In this document: positions 39,101-51,100 of the stretch, one piece after another
Numbering within the stretch: the first letter of the stretch is position 1
Layout of the letters: every line of letters begins with the position of its first letter
Position numbers and translations under genes: made by a program
The notes under the pieces: generated by a model
Told to the model about the DNA's origin: nothing
Seen by the model: the letters and a program-made list of their open reading frames with translations, nothing else
Database searches by the model: none
NCBI RefSeq assembly: GCF_009834535.1
Contig: NC_045696.1
Location: 120,282,001-120,346,000, forward strand
DNA length: 64,000 nucleotides
Reading direction: 5' to 3'
Source of the DNA: Camelus ferus
Lineage: Eukaryota

Positions 39101-42100
39101 CATGTGGGACGTGTTTAAGGATTCACCTTCATCCCGAGGACAGGTACCCGTGTCACCTTCTAGCTCCCACCCCAACGTGTTCCTCCTCCCAGTGGTATAT
39201 TGTGTTCTCATGCCATCTCCTCCTATGGTTTGCTCTTTCTCTAGGTGCTACTCATCTTTTCAGATGGTCTTGGGGGTGAGAGCAAAGCAGTGCTTGAAGA
39301 TCAATCGGACAGGCTCAGAGAAGCAGGTATGTTTGAAATGGAAAATGGCAGTGACGAAGCTTGAAAGGTGCTGGACAGCTCCCTACCTTCCCAGGTGCTC
39401 TGGAACTGGGAGCAAACGCTACTGGTACCCAACGCCCTGGACCAGCTGCACCTCATCCCCCAAATGCCGCAGATGCTACAGCCACGTGCTTACATCTGTG
39501 ACCGTCTACAGACGCGTGCCCTTGACTGATGCCAGTGTGACCTGACACTTGGAGAGGGGTGGGTTACACCATGTCCCACCTAGGAGGCAGGGGACCGGGA
39601 ACAATCAGTGCAGAGGGATACAAAAGCCCCCCGTGCCTTTAGTGGGTCCACTCTGGTACAATTTACACGCCAGGGTCCCTCGTGAATCAGACCAAGGTGA
39701 AGACTTTAATGAGACGCATCCTTGCTCCCAACTTCCCTTCCCTTTCCTGTTTCTGTCTCTCCCTCCATAAGTCACAGGCACCCAGATTCCTCTCTCAGAT
39801 TCTGCTTGTAGAGAATCTGACCTGAGACACTTCCCACTGTGTCTGATTTTCTGTGTGAAAGTTAGCCACGTGGACTTTTAAAAGCACTCGTCACTCCGCA
39901 CCCCCATCCGGGTCATAGTTTCAGACTGAGCTGGAAGCTGAATGCAGAGGTTGGGAGTAGTGTGCAGAGACAGGAGGCGCGGCTGGCGGGCAGATGGGGC
40001 GCGTTACGGGAAGCTTCCTTGGTGTAGGCTCGCTGGCCTCGGGGTCCAGTTTCCACCCATGTCCTGCTTGGTGGCTGGGCTGTGCCACCCTCCCTTCTCA
40101 AAGCCCCTCGACACCTGCCCACCGTGCTTGGAACCTTGAATCCCTTCTGACCCGCGGGGCTCTGTGGGATCTGGCCCCGCCCCCCAGCCCAGCCTTCCCT
40201 CCCTGCTCACACTCAGTGGCCCAGCATCAGAGCCTTCTCCACTCTCCCTCCAGTGTCCTCCCAGCCTCGTCCTCCCAGACCTTGGCCGTACTCTTTCCCT
40301 GTGTGCAGAACCCTCCCCACTCTCAGCTCCCCTGCAAGTTCTTCTCCCCACCTGCCGTCTCTGGTTCTTTCTCTTGCCGACTTCCATTCATCCTTTATGA
40401 CCCGCTTAGACATCACTTCTTCGCAGAAACCTTCCCTGAGCTTCCAAAACTGAGTTAGGAGCATCTCCCGCAGACTTCCGTAGCCCCCTGAGCTGCCCTC
40501 CCCAGCACCTCTCTGCCTCTTGCCTGCTCTCCTGTGAGACCACACATCTCCAGAGAGAAGGAGACGGCCGTCTTCTTCACCTTGTATCGCTGGTACAGAG
40601 ATTACTACATAACAAGCTCCTGTAGGCAAGGTCTTGTTTCATGGAAAGAGGGAAACAGTAAGTGGACAAGTCAATGAATTAATAGGTGAGTGAGGGAGGG
40701 AGTGAATCAGTGAATGACTGAATTCCGGGGCACGGCCAAGAGTTCAGCGGAGACGGGAATCACCCTGGCCTTTCCTCGCCTGCAGCCCCCAGAGCCTGGC
40801 TCCCCGGGTATCTGGCAGTGGAGACGGCTGGAGAGCTCACGTCAATTTCCATTCAGAAAAATTCAGAAGAACTCTGAAGATGAACGATACCTTTTTTAAA
40901 AAATTGCTTTCAAATGCCCAAGAATCGCATTCAACTTGGTGGCGAGGTGGCAAGCACAGTTTTCTGCTAGTGTTTTTCTTGTAAGATTGGTAGTTTGTCT
41001 TGAATACTTTTCCTGGGGAGATTTCACATTACAGGCAGGAACCAGGGCCAGACGTCTGCTGAAAATGCAGGCAGAGCTGTTGCTGGGTTCTCCGCGTGTC
41101 AAGAACACTTCTTTCTTTTATTTTTTTCCCCTTTTTGATTCTTTGAATAATGCTCACCGGGTGGAAATATGATAGGCTTTCCTTCTTTTCCATGCACAGT
41201 TCCTTAGGTTTTTATCTGTTTTTTTTTTTTGTACTGTTTTTCCTTAAAAAACAAAGTTTTTTTTTTTTTAAATGAAGAACATACTCTTTTTTGTTGTTGT
41301 TGGGGGAGTAATTAGGTTTGTTTGTTTATAATGGAGGTGCTGGGGATTGAACCCAGGACCTCATGCATGCTAAGCATGTGCTCCACCCCTGAGCTCTACC
41401 CTCCCCCCGGCCCCGTATCTGTTGTTTTCACTGCCTAGGACTTGATGCTCTGCTGGTGGTCTCCCTAAACACGACTGCCCATGATGAGTTTTCCAGCTTT
41501 GAGTTTGGAAAAGGATTTGATTACAGGACTCCCCTGACCATTGGCACGAGAGAACTGGGCAAAAGGTTGTCGCAGTATCTGGTGAGTTGTTGAACAAAAA
41601 CCTCCATAATTCACAGAGCCACAGAGGCAAGATTGGAATCTTCATGCTTTTTTTTTTTTTTATTGAGGCATGTCAGTTTACAATGTTGTGTCAACTTTTT
41701 TTTTAATGCTTGCTTTCTTTCTTTCGGGGGTAATTAGGTTTGTTTGTTTGTTTGTTTATTAATGAAGGTACTGGGGATTGAACCCAGGACCTTGTGCATG
41801 CTAAGCCCGGGCTCTCCCACTGAGTTCTACCCTCCCCCTCCAAAATTGGAATCTTGATAAGTATTTCCCGAGACTACTTGGTCTGCTCTCTTGGCAGTAC
41901 ATGGTCCTTAGCGCATGAAAAAGTGTGAAAGACCAGAGCATCGCCACCGTTGGTTCCCCCAAGCCCTTTCATCCTTTGTCATCTCGACAAATGAATGCAC
42001 GGGGAACTCAAAAACCCAACCAACCCCGAATCAAACAAAAAGCCCCCAATGGATTATGCCACAGAAATCCCGAGAAATCAGAGCCTGTCAACCAGGAACC

Positions 42101-45100
42101 AGTCAGTCTGGTGCACACCTGGCCTGTGGCCATCTGTGTGGCGAGCGCCCCTTCTATAAATAGAGGTCCTGTCCTTGGAGAAGTTATGTCACCAGTGCAG
42201 TTGCTAACCTGGTCCCCTCTCTTCAGTGTTAAGTCACTGAATTGGCTGCCTCCCCTCCCCGCATGGAAAAGGATGGGCTTGTAGGTGGTGAATTACCATT
42301 TGTGTGAATTGGATTCTTATGTAATGCAGTTCCTCGCTGCTGCTGCTGCTGCTGCTCACTGGAGTTTGCTTTTTTCCCAGGGAAACATTGCAGAGAGGAC
42401 TTGCTGCTGTGCATTTTGCAAGTGTCCGGGGGTTCCAGGACCTCGGGGGCCCCGCGGACAACAAGCCTTGAAGGTACCACTCAGCTGTGACAACGTTGTA
42501 CCTAATGGGCTTTGCTTTGGTGTTGGCGGAGCTGAGGCTCAGTAGTTGAATCTGCAGCTTTTACTTGATGCAGATGAATTATTTTGGGCAATTCTCATGA
42601 CTTCTGTGGTATAGGGTTCACTTTTGCTGCTACTGTTAAGAATGACTCCATTTTCTCCAGTGTATCCTTGGTAAATTTGCTCCACTGTAGACAGCCTGAA
42701 AGGTGACAAGACGTGTCAGAAATAGGGGGACAATTTACACTTCATCAGCAGTGGAACGTGATCAAACTGCAAAAAGAACATAGCATTGCAGATTGATAGC
42801 CCTTTAAGAGAACGAATTGTGAAAGATCATTTACACAACCATAGTGCAGATAAATCTATCATGGTATTTTAATTCAATGGAATGCCCTAAGGTAATGAAA
42901 ATGAATGAACTATGGCCACACATGACAACAGAAATACATTTTACAAACCCTATAATAGTCCCCTAAAAAAGCAAAACACAGAAGAATACATACTGTATGA
43001 TTCCATTTATAAAAAGTTTGAAAACAGGCAGAACTAACCTATAGCATCTAGGGATGTGTAATTAAGTAGTGAAGTTTTTTTTGTTTTTTTTTGTTTTTTT
43101 TTAAATAAAAAGGCCAGGAAGTAGTATCATCAAAGCGAGGGTGTGTTCCCAGTGGGGTGGGGGAAACGGGAGTGGTTTGTGGTACCAGTGATGTCCTACC
43201 TCCTGGCTGGGGCGGTGGCTACACAGGTGTCCACGTAATAATAATTAAGCTGTCCCTTTATATTTTATTTACTTTTGTGGGCTTCTTTCAAACGGGTCTT
43301 AGCTATCACAACTAAAAGGAGGCAGGTTTGTTTTATTTGAAGAGCTCAAACACCATCCTTGCACCAGAGTCCTGCATGGTACATCCTTGTGAATGGATAG
43401 TTGATCTTGGACTGTGCTGGGTTACGATGCTTTGTTTAGCACAGTTCCCTGTCTCATTACATGGCTCGGTGATGGAATTCTATCCCAGGAGCGCAGCCCC
43501 TCGGGGTGCAGAGCGGGCAGCGAGAGCCTGTGTTGGAGGGTGGGGAGAGCAAGCCTCCGGTGAAGTCCTTGCCCCAGATCAACCATGAGGCAGTGAAACC
43601 ACAGAGGGGGAGACGACTGCAATTTAAATATACAGAACCTCGTCGTTGGGAGAAGGGTTATTCTTTTCTGAGCTCTCAAAAAAGCAGAAGACGATAAAAT
43701 GATCTCTTTTTGGAAATGTCATCCACTTGCCTGCCGATGCCCTCCGGGCGAACCCCCAGGCACAGGGCTGGCCCTGAATCCCAATCTACAAGGTGGTTCC
43801 AAGATTAACCTCCTGTAGGCACTGGGAGGGCCACCTTGGCAGAGGGCTGACAGCAAGGACCAAAGGCAGCCCCAGAGGTCGCCTGACTCTTCCCAGACTC
43901 ACAGCCACACCTGCAAAAACCCACAACCGGGTTGGAGGGAGGGACTAGCCCGGAGTGCCTAATCGTTTTACAAGTAGGAATTGATGGAAAATGACTCAGA
44001 TTTACTTTTCTCTCTTTCCTCCCAGGGCTTTCCGGGTCTGAAAGGCAGCAGAGGACACAGGGGAGAGGATGGAGACCCTGTAAGTTTTTGTGAGCCACTC
44101 TCCACCACACCTACCAGTTTTCCTTTCTTGTAAAAAAGCTTTATTTTCCGAAAGGAGGAGGTGGTGTTTTGCTTATATATTTTTTGTAATTTGGGAGAGA
44201 AAATGGGTTGCATTTCTTCTTTTGTTTTCCTTTTCTTTGTCTGAATCATGAGACATTGGCTAAACCTACTTTTGAGGGGAAGGAGGGAGCAGGCTCACCT
44301 GCAGTCTGCCTGGCACGTCTTTGTGCGTAGCAAGGAGCTGCACCCTCCTCTCTGCCCCAGTGCAGGGTGTGGCAGGATTGTCTTTGAGGGGCTGTCCCTG
44401 GACCTGAAGCCCAGTGCTAAGTATTGGAAAGAGAAGCCGACAAAGCACCCCCCACCACAAACGTGGTGTCATGGTCACGTGCCACACGAGGTTTATGCGT
44501 CTCAGTCTTTGACCCTAAAACTGGGGCTCTCTCTTGGTTCACCAATCAGATTATAGAAACGGATTTGGAGGACCTGGAACCACTTGGGCGGCTCCATTTG
44601 GGGTGGGTAAAGTTCAGGAAGCATCCAGCCTGTACCTCCATCCCTCAGCATCCAAAACTGCTGTTTGTCCGAACAGCAAGTCATGATTAAGAGCACAGGT
44701 CCGGAGTCAGGTGGTCAAGGGTGGACCTAGACGTGGACCCTTAACACAACAGGTACCTTCTTGACCCTCAGTTTCCTTGTCCATAAACACTTATAAATTC
44801 CTCTATGACCAAAATTGGCAAGATGACCGCTGAGGAGAGTGTCTAAGTCACCCACCCTGAGCCTGCAAAGGGGTCGTGGAGCCCACCAAGCCAGCCAGGG
44901 AGGCCGCAAGTGCGGGGAAGTGCCACCCACTGCGTGGCTGTGAGCCCTCAGCCGCCTGGGAGTCCAGCCGGTGGGAACATGCCGGTACCTCTCAGCATCC
45001 TGTAGCCACGGGCGAGGTCTGCTTCTACTGAGCATGATTCTCAGAATAAAGAAAGCAAAGCAGAGGGGAAGGAAAATCACCTCTCCCCTCAACCCCCCAG

Positions 45101-48100
45101 GAAGGAAAGAACTAAGTCCATTGCTAAACGAATATTTATCTGTACAGCAAACCCTCAGCATCTTCTGTACGCCGAGATCTGAGCCAGGCACCAGGGTCAC
45201 AACATGGGAAGAGCCAGTTGAGGTTCTTCTCTTGAGACTCATTTCACTGCGGCATTTACTTGTATTTAAATGTTTCCTGGGAGAAGCTGGACCGATGGGA
45301 GCTGCACAGGCCTTTGACCTTGGGCGCTTGTCCCTGTGTGAATGGTCTGCCTTTGGGGATCCTCATCCTGGTTGTCTGTCCTTCCCATGATCACCAGCGT
45401 GGGGCAGCATCACTTCCTACCAGCTGCCTCTGCTCAGCTCCAGTCCCCTGGCACCAGCCTGCTTCTCTGCCATCAGTGATGCTGACTTTCCCAGGCCAGT
45501 ATTAGGACCCATTTGTATCCATGAGTGCCTAGAATGTGGCTGCAAAGTGACTTCTGACCCTTTGGCTGTGCTTTCTGATGAGGGCAGGGACACAACTGAG
45601 CTCACCCTGCATCTCTGTGTGATCCTAGATCTGGGAAGATGTTTGAAAACAGGGATAAATGAATGAGTTTGCAGGACAGTTTGATTTGCTCGGAGCTCAG
45701 TGCCCAGCTGCTCTGGCTTCACTCTCTAAAAGTAAACTGCTGGCAGCTTCTGGCAACGGAGTCATTTTGGATACCTGTTTGTGTACCTTTTCTTAGGGAA
45801 CACGAGGAGACACTGGACCCCAAGGAAATACAGGGATCGCAGGATGTCCAGGGGAGCAGGGTCAAAAGGTAAATATTCTATTTTAAATTCCCTCCCCACT
45901 CCATCCCTGCCCTCTCCCGTGTTCTCTTCCATCTCCCCTTCCGTGTTCCCTTCCTCCAATTACATGTTAGTTTCCTCCTCTGCAGATTAAGTTTTACTGC
46001 TTAGTAATCTCAAGAAGTTTGGAGCCTTAACTGAATTCCACCCACAGCCTCTTAGTGGTTGTACAGCCAAAAGCAACCAAAGAAATACACAGTCCCTCTC
46101 TTTACGGAGGGGGCCCCCTTCCTGCTCCAACAGGCTACGAGTTCACGTTCTGTCTTTGGCGTGCCGCTGAGAGATATCTGCTCTTTTACAGGGAGCCAGA
46201 GGATTTTCTGGATATAAGGTACTGTAGTTTCTTCTCAGTCAAGTTTCATTTCCTGGTGGGGTCAGGGAGCCCTCTGACCTGACTGCTGTCCGTGCTGTCT
46301 CGCAGGGAGAACATGGGGACGACGGGGTTGATGGACTCAGCGGGGAAGAGGTAAACCATGCTTCTTCAAGTACCATGAAATTGTCAGGAGGCTGATGTAT
46401 TTCTTTAATGGGAAGTTTGTTTGCTTTGCCTCCTTTCAGGGCGTGCGTGGATTTCCCGGCAATAAGGGAGAAAAAGGGGACCAAGGATCCCAGGTAACAC
46501 TTTTCAATACATCAAAGAAGGAGAATTTGGTGTCAGAAATAGTCTCCACTGTTGGGTGTCAGAGGTTAAGAGTGGTGAAGCTGACAGTTGACTTGACCAC
46601 AGAGTGAAGGTCTGTTACCACTGAATACAAGCTGCATCTCTGTTCAGGGCAAGCGGGTAACTGTAATTTTCAAGAACTTCCAGCTGGAAAGATTCAAGGC
46701 TTGCAAAGATCGTCTCCGGACATGTTTTTTCAAAAGTCTGAAAATGAATGCACTGTCAGCAGCTTCTGTGTTCTCTTTATTGCCTTAGAAAAAAAAATAG
46801 AAAGCAAGATAAAGAGACAAAATTATTTTGGTGGTTTTGGTGTCGCAAATCACAGTGAAACTTTTTTTTTTAAATTTTCCGTTCATTTCAACACTTATTC
46901 ATATGTGCCTGCTTGGTTCCGAGTGGCTCAAATTTTATGTTCTGATTTACTTATTTACCAAATACTTTTGAATGCCTGGCATGTGCCAGGCATTGGGTTA
47001 TGTGCTAAAGACTCAGAGGTGAACCACACTGTCCTTGTCTCCACGGCTCCTCCAGTGTAGCTGGGGAGACAGATGTGTCAGTACCTAATGATGACACAGA
47101 GTGTGGCTGAGGCCATGTTAGGGGCGGCCTGAGGAGGGCACCTAACCCCACAGGGTGGGGAGGAAGGGTAGGAAATCTTCCTGGAGGAAATGGTCCTGGA
47201 GCTGAAGGAATTAGCAAGACACGGAGAAAGGGCGTTCAGACAGGGGAACAGCATAAGCGAAGGCACGGAGGCTTGGGGGCTCAGGAGCCAATGAGGGGGA
47301 GTGTGGGTTTCATTCATTGGATGGTGGGGAGCCTTTGGAAGATTTTAAGCAGGGCGATCATTATCAAATTAGCATTTTAGGAACATGATGTGGCAGTAGC
47401 GTGAAGGCTGTGTTGGAGGTGCCGTAGATGGAGAGCAAAGATGAGAGGTGGGTCTGTAATAACCAAGGCGGAAAGCTGTCAAGTAAAGCAACGGCAGTGC
47501 GAACAGACACAAGACCCGTGAGGGACGGAACAGGGTCCAGACTGGCATGAGTACCCGGTGTGCAAAACCCACTCATTCTCAGTGTTATGCAGAGAGTGAG
47601 TGTCTGCCTAAATTTTGCACCCTAGGTACCTGGCTGGTCTCACCCCAGTTCTGGCTCCACAGTGTAAGCTCTCCAAGGCTAGGTGACCAGAGGAGCAGCA
47701 AATGCAAAGTCAGTCAAAATGTCTGCAAGGATCCTGGCTTGGGCGAGTTTAGATGGGAACCATTGAGTGCGCGGTGACAATGGGACGTGCCAGTGGAGGT
47801 GTCCAGTGGGCAGTTTCATTACAGGTGTCGGAAGTTGCTAAACTGGCTGGGATGTCCAATCCGATACCCACTAGCAATATGGGACTCTTTACATTCAAAC
47901 TGAAAAATTCACTTCCATGGTATTTGCTGCACTTCACGTGCTCGGCAGTGCTAGTGGCCACCATACTGGACAGTGCAGATTTAGGACACTTCCATCTCTG
48001 CAGAAAATTCTGCTAGGCAGTGCTCTGCTAGACCAGGAGAACTCTTCCCACTTCCCAGCCTCGTTACCAGTAATCCTGACCCGAGATTTAAAACAGGGCT

Positions 48101-51100
48101 TGGGACTGCTTGAGAAGTCTAAGGGAAGCTGGTTGGGGACAGAGGAACGTGGATCACTTGTCCGATAGATTTTCTCCCTCCAAACACCACCACGCCTGAC
48201 ATTTTAACACCCTCCTACAAGCCAGCTCAGAAGCTCATTGTATTTTTTTCAGGGGAGCCCAGGTTCCAGAGGCCCCCCTGGAGGATATGGGGAGAAGGGC
48301 TTCCCAGGGGATCCTGTAAGTTCCTGGGGCCCCGGTGGCTTTGAAATGTCTAATTGCTCCACACCTCTCTCCTTTCTCTTGTGTCTCCTGCTAACCTGTA
48401 GGAAGAGGCTTGTCTGGGGAGGGGGGTGGTAGGTGTCGACCAAGGCTTATTGGTTTGGGAAAAATCTGCATCTGATCTGGGCTGGTTATATTAAGAATTC
48501 AGGGAGGGAACTTAAGTTCCATCTTCTTCATCCTTGTGTCTTGAGACTTCCAAGTTCCTTTGAGGGTGAAATTTCCCTAAATTTTGCTTATTGGGCTGCT
48601 AATCTTGCACATTCCCCTTAGACTCGCTCACAGGGGTATCTTATTACACCTTTGAGGGCGTGGCACAAGCATGTTTGGACTAGTGCATCAGTGAAGCTTC
48701 CAGTACAGAGAAGGGACAATCGCCGTCTCTTCAGCAAGCGTTCCTCTAGTTCTTCACTGATCCCTCAGCCTCCTTCAAACTGGGGGAAATATTGCTTTCA
48801 TTTTTAAAAACAAATCTGTGAGTTTCCAATATGGAAAAATTTCTCCTACCCTTCATTATTTACCCCAAATTAGCTTATTTCTTTGACTATTATACCATTT
48901 TGAAAAAAAAAAAAAAAAGCTACTATTTCTTGATTCTAAAGTACTTTTTAAATCTCCCTCTAGGGTAATCCAGGACAGAACAATAATATCAAAGGACAAA
49001 AGGGGTCCAAAGGAGAACAAGGAAGGCAGGTAATTGGATCAATTTTACATAAATGAGTTGGTTAATTCTGTTACTGTGCTGAGGCTGTCCTAAAGTCTAA
49101 TATTAATTTTTTAACAAAATATGTAACCACTTTCATAATTGAATAATCTCCCCCTAAGTTCACGTTTAAGAGAGCCTTATTTTCTTAAAATAAGGCATGT
49201 GTGTAGCTGGTGACACTTCTGTGGGCAAAATTGCGAAGTTTCTGGTGATACCATTATGTGAGGAAACTGGTCATGGCAGTGCCTGTTGCTGTCTCATTTC
49301 CTTCTGTGATGGATTTATACCCAGGAGTGTCAATGCGCAGAAAGATTCTGGCAGGACGCGTTTGTTCTGCTGCCTTAACTGTGCCTGAGTTTGCATTGCT
49401 GACAGCTTTGTCATTCGCTCAGCATCTTTTGCTTTACCATCTTGGGGGAATGGTTGTATTTCTAGGGTAGAACCGGCCAGAAGGGGACACCAGGCAGCCC
49501 CAGTTCCCAAGGAAGCAGGGTAAGTGTCCCCGTGGACGTTCGTCTCCCTTCCTTGTGGCCTGACGATGCCGCAGAGGCACACAGAACGCGTGTTGCTGCA
49601 GAGTCAGCTGGGCCACGGCTGATATGTGGACGCTGTTGTCCTTGGGGGGCCAGATGATTCTTTGTTGTGGGGGACTGTCCTGTGCATGATAGGGTGTTTT
49701 GCAGCCTCCCTGGTCTCTACTCACTGAATGTCGGTAGCACTCCCTCCCTGCAGTTGTGACATCCAAAAACGCCTGCCGACATTGCCACCCATCAGTCGGG
49801 GCAGTGGAGGATGGGCTGGTGGGCATATCATCCCTGGCTGAGACCCACTCCCACGGTCTGCCTTTCCCTTGCCACCTGACAGAGGCTTTTGAATGTCCTT
49901 GACATAAAAGCCCTCCTCCGGTGTCTTAGCATCTCTGAACTCCCATGAGAATATTAAGAAACAGGTAAACATACTCTTTTCCTCTTCATACACTGAGGAC
50001 AGGAGAGAAAAATCACAGATAAATTCTTCTGGAATGAACCAAAACACTGGGGACTGGGGCCAAGCCAGTGGCAACCCCGAGACCTTAGAGTAATTTTACA
50101 GCATCCTGCATGAGATCAAGCCCCAAACAGGGATGTCAGATTTGCCCTTCTTTTTAGGAACAGCCAAAGATCGCTTTCCCCTCTGTGGACTAGTGAAGTT
50201 AGGGACGCTATTTGTAATGTGTTAGAAACCCCTCTTTCGGGCCCTCGGAGCGGAGTTCATAAAAAGAGAGTTATGTACAATGTCCTGGATTCGATGCTGA
50301 GTTTTGTCCAAGAGGACGCTGAAAATGCTCGGCTCCCTTTTCTGTTACAAACCTGGAAGCTTCCCACCACTTCGAAATCTGCTGCTGATTGCTTTTCTCT
50401 CTGGGGTGGATGGTGGGCGAATGTTTTCATTCCTGTCACTTTTGTTTATCTTGAGTCATAATTCTTATGGGAAGGGGGTTGCAGCTGGACGACTTAGGTG
50501 TCCCAGGGCTTCTGGTGAAATTCTCTGGGACTCTTCCCTCCTTTCCACACAAGAAGATTAAAATTAATTAGCGGAAGCAGGAGAGCAGTAAGATGAGCTA
50601 ACTGCTAGGAATTTGAAAGATAAACCCGTGTGTTTGTTGGTTTGAAATAGCTTTATAGCTGTGACCATCAGTCAAGCGCTTTTAGAAAAGAGATCCCCGG
50701 GGTGGGGAGGGGATTATTCTTCAGGCAAACCAGCCAGTGACGTTACATGACTCCAGGCACAGGGGGCTCTCAGCCTCCCTCCCCGTCTTAACCCACTTTC
50801 CTGCCCGTCTCTTTGTTTGTGACTTCTTTTCTCTTGAAATAAACAAGGCAACACAGATGTAAAACCACCAGCCTTTCTACCCCTCCCTCACCGTTCCAGG
50901 GAAGACCAGAAATGTCTATGAGAGTCACAGGACCTTAAATGGATGACAGATTCTAAGAATACGAGCAAACCTAAGATGTCCCCTCCTGCGTGGCAGAATT
51001 TCAGCTCATGTAAATGCATTGTTTTCCCAGTTATTAGCAAAGCAATGTTTCAATGTACGAAGAACCAGAGCATTTGAAACCACACCCCAGGCCCATTGCT

